Source of the DNA: the human T2T-CHM13v2.0 reference genome, Homo sapiens
Length of the DNA: 64,000 nt
Assembly: GCF_009914755.1 (NCBI RefSeq)
Contig: NC_060948.1
Direction: 5' to 3' (one strand)
The position numbers were made by a program, and so were the translations under genes. Under the pieces are notes generated by a model that saw nothing but the letters and a program-made list of their open reading frames with translations, had not been told where the DNA came from and did no database searches. Positions 43,609 to 58,388 of this stretch are shown here, piece by piece (within the stretch, counting starts at the first letter, position 1; every line of letters begins with the position of its first letter).

Positions 43609-44860
43609 CTGAAAGACAAAACCGCCTGCGGTTTTGGTTTGTTTTGTTTCTCCCCCTGCCCTAGAACCCGCAACGGTCCCTGGACCCTGCTGATCAGAAT
43701 AGTTGCACTCACCAACGCATCAGCAGAAACAACCCCTGCCCAGGAACCCACAATGGTCCCTGGACCCTGCTGGTCAGAATAGTTGTGCTCACCGACGCTG
43801 CAGCGGAAACACTAGCTTTCCTTCCAGACCACATGGAGGACTGAGGAAGGTCGGTCCTTACCGATGCATTCTCAAAAACCTGCACCCTTGCCTGTCCTCC
43901 TAGACCACAAAGAGGACAGACTGAGAAAAATCGGATTTAGTGGCCCTTACCGACACATTCTTAAAAACCTGTTAGAGTCCTAAGCATTCACCTTTTAGTG
44001 TTGGGACTTTACCCCTGTCCTATACAGATGTTATGCCCCAAAAATGAAGTGGAGGGCCATACCCTGAGGGAGGGAGGGGATCTCCAGGGTGGAAGAGTGA
44101 CACATTTTGTCCTCACTTACATGAATAGGAAGGATACAATTTCTGAGGCTCCCCATATCCTAGCTTCAGGAATAGTTTTTGTTAGGCCTATTAGTCGGAG
44201 GAGGGATCCTAAAATTCCAGGTAGTCCCCACTACGACAGGGCTTTGGGCAAAAGTTATGTCTTTCTGATTGGTGAGCCCAGGTGCCTGAAGAAAGTAACA
44301 GAGTCCTGGACTTTATACTAGAAATCATTCTTATAGGAGAAACTAGAAAAGCACCAGAGACAGGTAACAATTTTTAGAAGGAGGACTAACCTCAGAGAAG
44401 AGAGTCAAGAGGAAGTTTGTGTGGCAAGCATTTGGACACAGAGGGCAAGGGTCAGGGATAGATAAGATAGATGGGTGAGTCTCGCTTGGGCGACATGCCT
44501 TTGAGAGTTCCACTCATGGCCGTAGGGTCAACCAACGTGTTGTCGGGACCCCGGAGCTGAATGGCTTTCCTCTCTGTTGACCCTCGGCTGAGCCCAGAAG
44601 TACAGGAAAAGCAGAAGCTTGTTCTAGGCAAACCAACGCTCCCAACTCCGAAGAGCTGGGGGTTGTTAGAGAGCCCATTTCCAGAAAGCCTGACACCCGT
44701 GTCTTTAGTCCGGTGGCCACACTAGTCGCTTTTAGCTGGCCGACAGGTGCCCGATATTTAACCCCCGAATTCTAAGGAAAATAGGATAGAATAGCAAGTG
44801 AAAGGGGTCTGATGGTACTCACTGCTTGGTGACAGGCGACAGTCTCACCGCTTGGCGATA

Positions 44861-44878
44861 GTCCCTTCGTGGTCACCA
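44861..44878 (-). promoter_or_regulatory. Primer-binding site, tRNA-Arg
   Basis: tggtgaccacgaagggac lies just downstream of the 5' LTR and is complementary to a tRNA-Arg 3' end with one mismatch. Confidence 0.85.
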
Positions 44879-44881
44879 AAA

Positions 44882-46707
44882 TGTGTCCGGAATTGGTGGG
44901 TTCTTGGTCTCACTGACTTCAAGAATGAAGCCGTGGACCCTTGTGGTGAGTGTTACAGTTCTTAAAGGCAGCATGTCCGGAGATTTTCCCTTCTGGTGTG
45001 CGGATGTGTTTGGAGTTTCTTCCTTCTGGTGGGTTTGTGGTCTCGCTGGCTGATGAGTGAAGCTGCAGACTTTCGCGGTGAGTGTTACAGCACTTAAGGC
45101 AGCACGTCTGGAGTTGTTCGTTCCTCCCAGTGGGTTCATGGTCTCGCTGGCTTCAGGAGTGAAGCTCCAGACCTTTGCAGTGAGTGTCACAGCTCATAAA
45201 GGCAGTGTGGACCCAAAGAGTGAGCAGTAGCAAGATTTATTGCAAAGAGCAAAAGAACAAAGCTTCCACAGAGTGGAAGGGGACCCGAGCAGGTTGCCAC
45301 TGTGGGCTCAGGCAGCCTGCTTTTATTCTGTTATCTGACCCCACCCACATCCTGCTGATTGGTCCATTTTAGAGAGAGCCGATTGGTCTGTTTTACAGAG
45401 AGCCAATTGGTCTGTTTTACAGAGAGCTGATTGGTCTGTTTTGACAGGGTGCCGATTGGTGCATTTACAATCCCTGAGCTAGACGCAAATGTTCTCCACC
45501 TCCCCACTAGATTAGCTAGATACAGAGTGTCGATTGGTGTATTTAAAAACCCTGAGCTAGACACAGAGTGCTGATTGGTGCATTTACAAACCTTGAGCTA
45601 GATACAGAGTGCCGACTGGTGCATTCACAATCCCTTAGCTAGACATAAAGATTTTCCAAGTCCCCACCAGATTAGCTAGATACAGAGCTCTGATTTGGTG
45701 CATTTACAAACCTTGAGCTAGACACAGAGTGTGGACTGGTGCAGTCACAATCCCTTAGCTGGACATAAAGATGCTCCAAGTCCCCACCAGATTAGCTAGA
45801 TACAGAGTGTCGGTTGGTGCATCCACAAACCCTGAGCTAGACAAAGGGTGCTGACTGGTGTGTTCACAAACCTTGAGCTAGACACAGAGTGCTCATTGGT
45901 GCACTCACAATCCCTTAGCTAGACACAAAGGTTCTCCAAGTCCCCACTAGATTCAGGAGCCCAGCTGGCCTCACCCAGTGGATTTCACACCGGGAGGCAG
46001 GTGGAGCTGCCCACCAGTCCCTCACCATGCACCCACACTCCTCAGCCCTTGAGTGGTCAATGGGACCGGGTGCCCTTGAACAGGGGGCGGTGCTCACTGG
46101 GGAGGCTCAGGCCAGGCAGGAACCCATGGTGGGGAGGGGGGGTGATGGCGGGGACTGAGGGGGGTGGCAGGAGGGATTGGGTGGGTGGGAGCGGTTGGGG
46201 GGGGCGGTTTTGTGAGGACAGCGGCGGAGGGCGGGCGGCGGTACGGGTGTGGAGCCTCAGGCATGGGGGGCTGCACGTCTGGAGCCCTACCGCACGGGGA
46301 GGCAGCTAAGGCCCGGCGAGAAATCGAGGGCAGCACCAGTGGGCCAGCCGTGCTGGGGGACCCGGTGCACCCTCACAGCTGCTGGCCTGGGTGCTAAGCA
46401 CCTCACTGCCTGGGTACAGCAGGGCCGTCTGGCTGGCTGCTCCGAGTGCGGGCCTGCCAAGCCCACACCCACCCGGAACTCAAGCGGGCCCGCAAGCGCC
46501 GGGAGCAGCCCCGGATCCCCCCGCCGTGCCTCCCCCTCCATACCTCCCACAAGCGGAGGGAGCCGCCTCCAGCCTCGGCCAGCCCAGAGAAGAGCTCCCA
46601 TGGTGCAGCGGCAGGCTGAAGGGCTCCTCAAGTGCAGCCAGAATGAGCACTGGGGCCGGGGAGGCACCGCGAGCAAGCGAGGGCTGCCAGCACGCTGTCA
46701 CCTCTCA
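44882..46707 (-). mobile_element. LTR12 (ERV9 5' LTR), complete
   Basis: tgagaggtgacagc...ccggacaca, with a GC-rich U3, CCAAT repeat array, AATAAAA TATA-like box (45321-45327) and U5 repeats. Confidence 0.95.
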
Positions 46708-46712
46708 CTAAG

Positions 46713-47562
<850 letters not shown>

Positions 47563-50149
47563 GGCATACAAGTCACCATGCTATGTCTAGATATGGCTGT
47601 GCTGGAGGAGTAATGCCTTCTAACCTGCCTAGCAGTCACTTCCTCTGTCCTTTACAGGCTCCTGTGTCATGCCAGGAGGACAAAGGGCTGATGATTTGAC
47701 CAGCAGTTTCCTGGCTACCATTCCTCAGCCAGGAGGAACCAAGCTTCCCAACATGAAGCAAAACCAAACCCATTTAAAAAGTAAAGGTGATGATGGTAGG
47801 CTCCTGCATGTTTTCTGAAATTACCTATATTCCTCTCATCCTGTGCTCACAGGCATGTGACATAGGTAAGACTGAAAACTGGATTGAATTGTGAGGAAAG
47901 AACAAGTTTTCCCCAGCTCCCAAGCACGTCCCATCTGAATACTGGAAACTATGTGTAAATCTTAAACAGCAGGGTGTGGAGGAGAATCCGTTCAAATTAG
48001 AGTCGAATGTTATGAAGACATCCCAGGATCCTCCTGGGGAAGGAGATCTGAACCATCAGGCACCTGAAGAACTGCTTGGTGGCGAGGTAGTGTCGAGGCA
48101 TTTCAGTGTGGTTAGTGCTACACATAGCCTCTATGCAGATGGGTGAGAAGCCTGATTGTCTTTGACTAAGACTGAATTTGGTTCCACTTCAAACTCTTAT
48201 TCTACTGCATGGTAGAAATGAAATAGCAGGCAGTTCAGGCTTTCCCATGATGTTACACAAAACAATATGAAATTGCTGCTATTTGATCATTTCTAAACTA
48301 TAAAAATTGCAACTACATATGGCCCAGATGATAATTTGTCTCCATCACTCCCAGGGTTTGTGACAGTCATGATCCCAGGGGCCACCTGGTTTCCATCACC
48401 ACCCACTCTGTTGTGCCTCCGAGATGTCCTTGCTCTCCTATGCTCTCCATCACTGGTCCACGAAGACCTCATCTGCCTTAGCCCCATCAGCCAGGGCTTT
48501 CTGAGGCTGGAGTGAATCATCTCAGCAATTCCCACATCTCCCTTGGGTGCTGCTATGAAAGGTCTGTGACAGGAATGAGGCACAGTCCCTTTTCTCAGTG
48601 ACATTTACCAACAGCCAAACTCTCGTGGTCCCTAGTCTCTGTTCTCTCCCGCTCTCTGGAGTGAGAAGAACCAGTTCTTCCAACTTTATTTACTCTTCCA
48701 AGTCAAATGCTTCTGGCATCAACTTAGTACCTGAACTGTAAGGGTCAGGGTTTTAAGCTCCTGCATCTCAAACCTTTGGTGTGGAAACAGAAAACATGAG
48801 TTTCTCTTCATATTCCCCAGCATCCCTCCTTTTAGACAGCAGATACCTCCCAGTGTAGCTCCAATGGGAGAAAGCCCTTGGGGTGAAAATAGTGAGGAAA
48901 TCAGGACCCGCGCATCACCTTGGTGTGCAGTGGGTGTCTGGCTCCTCTCATGCCTGGGTCTTGTCCAGGTGTGTGGGATGCACCTGACAGGGAAAGTCCT
49001 GACCTCTCATTTCCAAGCTGTGTAACCCTGGGCAAGCCACTGACCTCTCTCCAAACATCAGTTTCCTCAGGCCCTCAGAGTTAGAAAACATACTGCCAGC
49101 AGGCCCAAGGCTCATCCTGTATGGTCAAATACAGTCAAGCAGAGAGAGAAAAATCTTCTGGATTCAATGCAAATGCAACAACTTCCTGTTGCATTAGGAG
49201 TAGCAAGACTGGCTGGCTTTCTAAAAGCTTAGAGATATTATTTTTGAAGCTATCTGTGTATACTTTATTCCCTTTCATACATACCCCTCCTGGCTGACCC
49301 AAATGAAAAAAGATACGAAACTCGTTTCTGGCCCGGCTCTTGCCTGCTCAGATGGAATGTGTGGTGATACGCCCATTTTTCCGCTCAGCTGTATTCCTGT
49401 TTATTCCTGTGAACACATGGTCTCTGTAATTGGCAATAATTTTTTTCTTTGGGATATTTACCTTCCTTTTGTGGGACAGCCCAGATTCTTGGGTGGATTC
49501 GTTTCCCACTGAATTACCAGAAAAGGGCACAATGTGATTGGGAGAACTACGTGGAAGAAAGCTCAGCTCCCAGGCCGTCACACAAGCAACTCTGTGCTCC
49601 CATCTATGTCAGAGCCTGGGGACTATGAGGAGATTGCAACGGAACATCCTGTCCCCTCCACCAACATTCTTTCCCCACGAAGCAGTGGCATTTTCTTTTG
49701 TGTTCTCACACAATTCAGACTAGGTGGAGTAGCCTGTACGGAATGACTGGAATGACCCTACTGAGCAGAAGTGTTCCCCTTCTCCCTTGCCAAAACTGTG
49801 GGCTGAGAGAGAACCCGCCTGATAGCCCCCTGCTTTGGAGGTGTTTCTGCGGTGGTCCTTTTAAAAAGGGTGTATTCGGGGCATGGGTTGAAACACCAAG
49901 CAAGTGTAAATCACAGGCTTCACACACTTGCCTTTTGGGAGGCAGGTCAGCTCCAACCTGCAGCAGCTGAGAAAGAATACATAGGGGTCCTTGAGGACAG
50001 AGAGCTTTGTTGATGACCAGCCTTAGGGTATAGGAGAAAGAGAAAGGCCGGAGCAGCCACAGCCACTTCTCTGTGCCCAGCAGTGTAGCCACCCGCCTAG
50101 CAATGCTCCAGCCATGCAGAATGGGCCTGCCTCCTCTCTGCCTTGTCCT

Positions 50150-50330
50150 GAGGATGGAGATATCTCTGACCTGGAGGTCCTAGGACCTCACTTCCTAAAT
50201 GTGTGACCCTAGATAAGTTGCTTAACCTCTACCGGAACCTCAATTTCATCATCTGTAAAACAAGAATAATCAACCCACCTACCTCATAGGGTTGTTTTGA
50301 TACTTAAATGAGACAAAGCATGTGTCTAAG
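50150..50330. mobile_element. MIR
   Basis: tgtgtgaccctagataagttgcttaacctct...catctgtaaaa...cctacctcatagggttgtt. Confidence 0.75.
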
Positions 50331-51471
50331 GGTTTTCTGATTCGTAAAACACCACAGGTGTATAAGGATTGTTTTCCTGACTTATCTTAGGACCTTTTGA
50401 AAGAGACCTTCAATAAGAGACCTTCAATAAGTTCTCTAAGTTCAACCTCTACTATGCACAATCCTGAAAGGTCGTCTACCCTCTGCTTGAATCCTTGCTA
50501 TTATGGGAAACTTACTACCTTTCTTTGAGGAAAAACTCACTACCACAAAGCCCTATGACTTGAGCTTCCTCTGGTTAAATCACAGCCATCTCACATAAGC
50601 TCCAGAGTAAATGGGAAGGGAGAACCTGACTCATCCAGCAATAGCAGAAAGATCATCACGTAGATTGTGTTGTTCTGCTATTTACAGATATTTGTGAAAA
50701 ACCTGAAGTCAGTGTCATTCATCTTCCCTTTTGAAGGTTAAGTGTGTTTGTTTTTGTTTTTGTGACCAGAAATACATTAAAATTGGATTAGGAGCCATGT
50801 GCAGAAAAATTCACTGATGCTCAGTGCAGTGTATTCATTGTATAAACATGGAATAAAATGTTTGTCCCAAGATTATTTCACTTTGTCCACTTAGAAAGAT
50901 TTCCTGTGACTTGCATAAATGTGGAAGAAAGCGTCTTCATTTCTTTTTAGCCAGGATCATTTGATGACATTTTGAAATGTCAGGGAGACTCTTAACTTAA
51001 ATCTGACCTACAAAGGGCCATTGAGAACAGTGAAGTGTGCCCCCAAAGCCAAAAACTTTGTATAGCTTTAATTTCAGTACAGAGGTAAATCGACTTCTGC
51101 TTTTGGATTTAAGATTTGGCAAGCATGTGAAATTAAGTATCACTAAGGGGGACTTTTTACAGAGGGAAGCTAGGAGATTATGAGTGTTAGGGCTTACAGA
51201 TTTAATCTGCAATTAGCATAAACATGCAAAGGTCACCCTAAAGAGATGCATGCCCCTGTGATCTGTAGGGGTAGCTGTCAGAAGTAGAGAGAAACGGCAA
51301 ACAGAGTTTTGCAAACAAATGTGTGGTGGGGATTCAGGTTTTCATGTACGTGTTGCATCTGTGGCCTAGAAGATATCAGACACATGGCCTAGGAGAAATC
51401 AAGGGTGAGAAGTCACCAGCCCACAGAGAAGATATCACTAACCTTGAGGCTAACAGAAGTAAATGACAGCT

Positions 51472-52247
51472 TGTGGCAGCAGCTGTTGGTCACCAACTCA
51501 ACAGTGATTACCTCCTTCTTCTTTGTTAACAGAAAATGATTTCTGTTCAGGAACTGAGCAGCAGATAGTTTTTAGAATCTGGACCCCATTGAAGTTTCAA
51601 GGTGTCAACCTTGATTAGTCTGTGTCCAAAATTGTAGTTCTGTGTCCCTTGTTAGTGATTGGTTTACGATGGGGCATGTGCCACAATTCTGATCAATGAG
51701 AAGTCTGCTAGAGGTACTTCTAGAAGAGTTTTCCTTACTTTTAAAAAAGAAGAAACCAAAGAGACTTTCTGTTTCTGTCATTTGGATGTTGCTGGGAGAT
51801 AATGTGATGCTTGGAGCTGTTGCGGCCATTTTGCAACCATGAGGGGAGGACCCTGAGGCAAAGGCAACATGCTTAGGGTAACAGAATAGGAACATTGACA
51901 AATCTAGACTCCGTATTAGGTTGATGTGCTAAACCAATCAGTGCCAGTACTGCCTCCCTGTAGACTTATTACCTGGTCACTCACAGATGAGACTATGGAG
52001 TCAGACTTCCTAGGTTCAAATTCCAACTTTACCACTTACCAGCTGTGTGACTTTGGACTTCTCTGTGCCTCATATTTCTGATTTGTGTACCTACCCTGTA
52101 GTATTCTTGTTAGAATTAAATGAATTAATACGTGGACAGTGCTAGAACCATACCTGATCACTCAAACATTTAACATTCTTTCATCATTTAAGCCATTTTG
52201 AGTTGCATCTTCTAGTTGTTGCTTTTGAAAGTATCCTATGTAACACA
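51472..52247 (+). mobile_element. LTR33-like ERVL LTR, interrupted by a MIR (~51985-52170)
   Basis: gtgattggttt..ggggcatgtg...tgatgcttggagctgttgcggccattttgcaaccatgagg; ends ...tttaagcca...taacaca. Confidence 0.6.
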
Positions 52248-52289
52248 GCAACTTTCGGTTAATGTTTTCCTGTCAGAAAGTTAGGAAAC

Positions 52290-53520
52290 TAACAACAAAA
52301 ACACAAACCATCCCTTAAACAGTGGAAAAAGGACTTGAGTGGATATTTCTCCAAAGAAGAGAGGCCATGGCCCACAAACACATGAAAACATTCTCAGCAT
52401 CATTCATCATTAGGGAAATGCAAATAAAAAGGAGGCACCACTGTACACCCATTAGGATGGTAATGACTTTTTAAAAAGAAAACAGAAAACAGCAAGTATT
52501 GGTGAGGATGTGGAGAAACTGGAATTTGTATATTGCTGGTGGGAATGTAATATGGTTCAGCCACTGCAGGAAACAGTTGGTGGTTCCTCAGATGACTCAA
52601 CACAGAATTATCACAGGACCCTGCAATTCCACTCCCAGGCGTCTGTACCCAAAAGAATTGAAAACAGGGATGCAAGTACATGCATACACATGTTGATAGC
52701 AGCACAGCAGCCAAAAGGTGGAAGCAAACCACATGTCCATTGATGGATGAATGGATAAATAAATTGTGATATATACATACAGTCGAATAACATTCAGCCA
52801 TAATAAATTAGAAAAAATGATGGGAAATGAGAAAAATATCCCATTTACAAAAGCAACCAAAATCACAGAATACTCAGAATCAAACACAGAAGAAATACAA
52901 AACGGCCTAAGGACACGGAAGAAGACATGAAATGAAGGGAAACATCACACACGTGAATGAGCAGGCTCAGGCCTGACAAGATATCAATTATTTCCCAGTC
53001 ACCCTGTGAATTTAATCAATCTTTAATTTTTTAACTTAGCAAACTGATTTTTAAATTCTACTCAAAGAATACATTTGTAAAAGCAACTGAATTAATTTTT
53101 TTAAAGGAGCCAGGTGTGGTGGTATGAGCCTGTAGTCCCAGCTACTCTGGAGCCTGAGCTGAGATAGAAAGGTTGCTTGAGCCCAGAAGTTTAAGACCAG
53201 CCTGGACAACACAGTGAGACCCCATTTAAAAAATTAAAGGGGATAGCTCTTACTAGATAGTAAGATATATTTTAAAATTACTATAATTTAGGAATTTGAT
53301 ACCAACATAGGAATGAGAAAATTGATTACCGAACCAGAAATCAGAATTTGTCATATACTGATTGGTATTTGCAATCGGTAGGAAAAGGAAAGATTAATTA
53401 AATAGTCCGGGAACAACTGCCTTGAAACTAATATACTAAAATAAATTCCACGTGGATTAAACACAAAAATAAAACCGCAATAGAACTCAAAGAAAATATA
53501 AGTAAATATTTTCCCATTTA
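52290..53520 (+). mobile_element. L1M fragments with an Alu monomer at ~53107-53234
   Basis: ggtgaggatgtggagaaactggaa...gcaattccactcc...gatgaatggataaa (L1 3' region). Confidence 0.75.
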
Positions 53521-54887
53521 TCAGAACCCATCCACATGGTTCAATTCAACTGCAGGGGAGGTTTGAAAACGTGTGTGGTTTTTTGGGAGGCACTCACTGT
53601 TATTGTCATAGATACATAACCTATTTCTAGGGATGAGGGAAAGGACAAAACAAAGGATTGAAACTGAAGGGCTTTCTGCCTATCCTCATGTTTATCAAAA
53701 AAATTCCAATACCCAAAATACACCATCCCACAATTATAATTGGTTGCATAGGCAAAGCTTCTCTTTCTCGTTTGATGATCCTAGTATATCTCTATAAGGA
53801 CCACATCTTGGCTGATATTCCAGCTGCACATTGGAATTACATCTGTTCTCATTCTCATATTAATAATGAAGCTTGATTAATAAATTACAAGGGCTAACTC
53901 TGGAGCTATTGGTTCAAAATTCCTTGCCAGTGAGGAAAACAAAAGAACAACTGTATTTTAAGAATAGATCCACCATAATAACATGCTGATGGTCAAAACT
54001 GATCAGGCAGTCTGGATGAAGCCTCACACCTTCCTACACTTTGCAAAAGAAGTAGCAGGTAAGGAAGGACTAGCCTGAGCTCCTGTTCAGCCCTGGGGAG
54101 GGAGCAGGTATGATGGAGCTGGCAATGTGGTCATTCCTGCTGTGCTCAGCCAATTTGCTTGAACTTCAAACAGAAGTGTTAACTTCACGGTGTGCAAGTT
54201 CATCCATCCTCTGCTTTTGTCCTCCTTGGAGGCTTTCAGTGGCACATGTTGGGGGAAGAAAAGGCACTTGTTCTCTTCTCAATTGTACAGAGCAGCTGAT
54301 CAGTGTCTGCACGAATTCCTGAACAAAGAACATATTTCAGACCTTCTTATTGCTTGCTTATTTAATTTAACAGATGTCAGTTGTGACACACACATACGAC
54401 TTTCTCCCTAGGCAATGGATTATGGCAAATTTCATTTTATGCCTGGCATGAAAGCCATGCAATATTGGGTATTGAAAGGACTTTTTTTTTTTTTTTTTTT
54501 TTTGAGAGACAGAAAGAGGGGAAAACCTGTTGTGCCTTAAAATCCCTAGTAATGCAAGAAAACCAATTTCCACAAAGGCATTGTCCTGGAAAGCTTTGTT
54601 GGTTTATGTCGCTACCTAATGGGAATGTGTCAGATTACACAAGGGCTGTTGTGTCAGGTCACACATCCTGTCACAATGAACACACTGGTGGTGTGTGGGT
54701 GGGAATGCAATTTATGGGGATGCCTGCGCTGGATGAGATGTTATCTTCACATTCTGTGTCTACTTCTAGTTATTTAACCTTGGCCAAGTCCCTCAACGCC
54801 TCTTAACTCAAGGATCCTCACCTAAAGGAGGGTTCTGGATGCCAGCTTTGTGAGATTGTTGACAGAACTAGGAAAAGGTGTACTTAA

Positions 54888-55090
54888 CTGGGCTAGGTGG
54901 CTCATGCCTGCAATCCCAATGCTTTAGGAGGCTGAAGCAGGAGGATCACTTGAGGCCAGGAGTTAGAGACCAGCCTGGGCAAGATGGCAAGATCTCATTT
55001 CTTCAAAATAGAAATTAAAAAATTAGCTGGGTGTGGTGGTGTTAGCATGTATTATACACCATACCTGGGTAACAGAGAGACTCTTTCAGG
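54888..55090 (+). mobile_element. Alu with an internally deleted right arm
   Basis: Left monomer followed by a short right-arm remnant. Confidence 0.8.
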
Positions 55091-55282
55091 GAAGAAAAGA
55101 AAAAAGAGAAGAGAGAAGGAGGAAGGAAGGAGAGAAAGGAAGGAAAGAAGGAAGGAAGGAAGGAGGGAACAAAGGAAGGAAGGGAGGGATGGAGGGAGGA
55201 AGGAAGAGAAGGGAAGAAGGAAGGAAAGAAGGAAGGAAGGAAGGAAGGAAGGAAGGAAGGAAGGAAGGAAGGAAGGAAGGCA
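55090..55282. repeat. (GGAA)n purine microsatellite
   Basis: 12 consecutive GGAA at 55231-55278 within a longer GA-rich tract. Confidence 0.95.
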
Positions 55283-56519
55283 GGCATGTATTTTAAACTG
55301 AGGCATAGCCCAAAGCTCGTAAACTCAGGGTTCTGTCAGTCCATGTAGTAAAATCATGAAGCCCTACATATTTTTTCTTCTTTTGGTATAAGTTTCGGTT
55401 TCAGAGGTATGTTTTTTGACACAAGTAAAACTTCCAGCATGGAAATAAACTGCAGTCAATGGCTGCCCTGGAAGTTGGAGAGGTGATAGGAAACTGCATT
55501 GAACTGGACTGCATTGAACTGGTTTGAGTGGCTGCATTGAACAGGACAACACTTATCTGGTCTCAGGTGGATGACTGCTGTCAGCCCAGAATGGCCAGGA
55601 TGTGTGGCAAGATCTTTCTGTTTACCAAAATCAACCAACCACTTGGGATATCCTGCTTGTAAATGCTGGCCCAATTTTTTAAACACTACAGGGGCTAAAG
55701 AAATTATCCCTGGGGACCAGGTTCAGCTTGTGGATCTCAGCTGGCGCTCTGCTGCTCATTGCTATAGACTTGCAAGAAGGTGGGTGCTAGGTGTGGAGCC
55801 TATGCTATCTGGGGTACTCTATAAGTGGGGAAGGGGGGCTCAATGCTCCATGTCTGTGGGGAGGTTAGTGGGAATCTAGAGACAGAATCAGGATTGGGGA
55901 CCTGAATTACTATGTTACTGGCCTGACACCAGAGGCTCAGCCTGGTAGAGGCCTACGTAAGGCCTTCCCTGGTCGTCAATCCTCCTTCCTCGCCACCATG
56001 TGTTTCTCTCCTCTTCCTTGGGACAGCTCTCCCTGAAGCCTCCAGGCTTCCCTTATGAGATCCCCCCAAGAGCTAAACAGTTCCTGGAGACCACTGAGAA
56101 GACTGCCAGACTGAGAGTCAGACTTGTGGATACATACTTACTGTTTGGCCTTGAGCGGGAACCTCCATCCCTCTGAGTCTTTGTTTCCTCATTTGTAAAG
56201 TGAGGAGGAAGAGAAAAGCCTTTCCCAGCTTCTCAGGATGGCACCCGGGTACAGATCATAGAGATGATGCATGAGGCATGCTTTGTGAACTTGAAAGTGC
56301 TGAGCAGTACTTGGTCATTTTAAAACAATGACATCTTCTTTGAATAATTCTTAAATCCTGGTACAGAATTAAGAAAGGATCATCTATTCAATTAGTCAAC
56401 TATTTGTTCAAGAAATATGTACTGAGCCTTCCATTATGTGCCAGGTACTTCTAAGCAATAACTAAGACAGACATGGATTGCCTGTCATGAAATGTCAATT
56501 CTAGAGTAGGAGGCAGAGA

Positions 56520-56692
56520 ATAGGGAAGAAAGGACGGGAGGAGGGAAGAAAGGAAAGAAGGACGTGAGAAGGAAAGGAAGGGAAGGAGAGAAGGACAGAA
56601 GAAATGAGGGAGGGAGGGAGGAAATGAAGGAAAGAGGGGAGAAGAGAAGGAGGGGAGAAGGGGAGGAGGGAGGGACGGAGTGAAGGAAAGAA
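56520..56692. repeat. GA-rich low-complexity tract among L2/MIR remnants
   Basis: Degenerate GGAA/GGGA units. Confidence 0.8.
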
Positions 56693-57699
56693 GCCAGCTT
56701 AAAATTGGCCATGATGAGTATTTATACTACTAACATTGGAAAACTCAGTAAATCAGGGTTCTTCCTGCAGGCTGACTTTTAAATATTTGCCGTAACTACT
56801 GAAGCCAGAGGTTACAGTGAGGAGCCAGAGGAGGATTCTGAGTGCAGGAGAAACACAATTTGCTACTCATTTTATCCATTTTTCAAAGGATCCTCTTCAC
56901 CATGTACAGAATAGACTGGAGCCAGGCACAGTAGCAGCGGGAGTTACCAGCCTAGAAGGCTGTGAAATAACCCAGGCATGAGATGCAAGGGGCTTCGGTT
57001 GGACTAGCAATGGAGTAGCCAGACATGGATGGTTGGGATATGATGGGGGGCAAGGCTGACAGCGTTCATTTGTGGATTGGCTGTGAGGTAAAGATAGAGA
57101 CAGCTAGTGAATTGTACAGAAACACTCTGTTCATGAGGAGCTTACAGTTTAGTGGCAGAAACAAAGCAGGCAGTCAGCTAGGACTTTCACAGATATTTAT
57201 TTATACTGGCTTTCAACGACATATAACACAGGGAAACCTAGCCACATTTGGAAATGAAATGTCATTTGAGCTTTGTTATGGTGAGGTATGATACAATCAC
57301 ACACCCATGGAGGTATTTACATATAATTTCCTCCACACCTGATTTGGTTCTGCAAACACCCCAGGCCCTATACATGTCATTCGCTAGTAATGTGCTGCGT
57401 CAAGGAGGCGTCAGAACCGTGTGAGCTTTCACACATTATCTACCCACCCAACTTCTGGGTTTTGCCTATTCTGTCAGGGTCCTCTGTGAGCTGCTGGGGT
57501 AATGGGCAAAGGGTGGAGATGCAAATGAAAATAGAAATGCTGAGTGAACAGGTTATCTAGTGGAAAGAGGGTGCCAAAGGAAGCAGGGTAGCTAGTGTGA
57601 GTGGACTGTTTGATACAGAGTGTGGGAAAGAGTAAGATCTGGAGATGCCCGGATGAGGGGAGTCTTGAGGAAGGAAATGAATGATGAGTTTCTTCAGGG

Positions 57700-58090
57700 C
57701 TGATGATAGGTTATGTCATTCAACCCATTCTGCAATGACCACCATGTGACTTTGCTCCTAATAAATAAGCAAATTATATTTCCCCACCCCTTGATATGGG
57801 GTTTGGCCATATCACTTGCTTTGGCTGAAAGACTGAGATGAATGGGAGTGACAGGGAACTCCTTATGAGATTTCTTCTTTAAAGGCTTTCCACATTTGCC
57901 ATTGTCATCTGCCATTGTTTGCCACAGGAGGAGAATGAGAGACACACGCTGCAGAGCCAGCCTAGCTAAGCCCTGCCTCGGTCAGCCAAAAAGCAGCTGA
58001 CCTGCAGACATGTGAGCAATTATAAATGGTCATTGCTTTATCCTGCCGAGTCTTGAGGAGGTGTTTGCACAGCAACAGCTGACTGATGCA
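57700..58090 (+). mobile_element. MLT1 (MaLR) LTR
   Basis: ttccccacccttga...ggccatatcacttgctttggc...cagacatgtgagc...cacagcaacagctgactgatgca. Confidence 0.7.
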
Positions 58091-58388
58091 GGGACTTACA
58101 GTGTGTCCCACAGTGTAGTTTGGCTTTTCCTCATTTGGTGTAAGTAGGGACTTCAGTTACTTCTAAATGCTTTCCAAGTGGTTGATTACTATTTATTTTG
58201 GTAGTATTGAAAGTGTCTTTGCAAAAATTCTATCAGTGAGAAAAATTATAACAGTAAGCTGAGCTAACTAGTTACACGTAGTTAGACAGGCATGACTGGG
58301 GCAAGAGAGAGATCTTTCCTCTCCTACCAGGAATGTTAGGTGATAGTTTGAGAACTATCACACTGTCTCTGAAAAAAAGATAATTTGG

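Noticed and set aside
50401-50431. 14-bp tandem duplication (aagagaccttcaat twice)
   Set aside because: Real, but a trivial slippage event.
47640-54420. Scattered plus-strand splice-like signals (near 47657, 47866, 54058)
   Set aside because: No consistent frame or recognisable product, and they cannot be separated from chance without transcript data.
54984-55306. EGRK- and PSFL-repeat ORFs
   Set aside because: They are translations of (GGAA)n.
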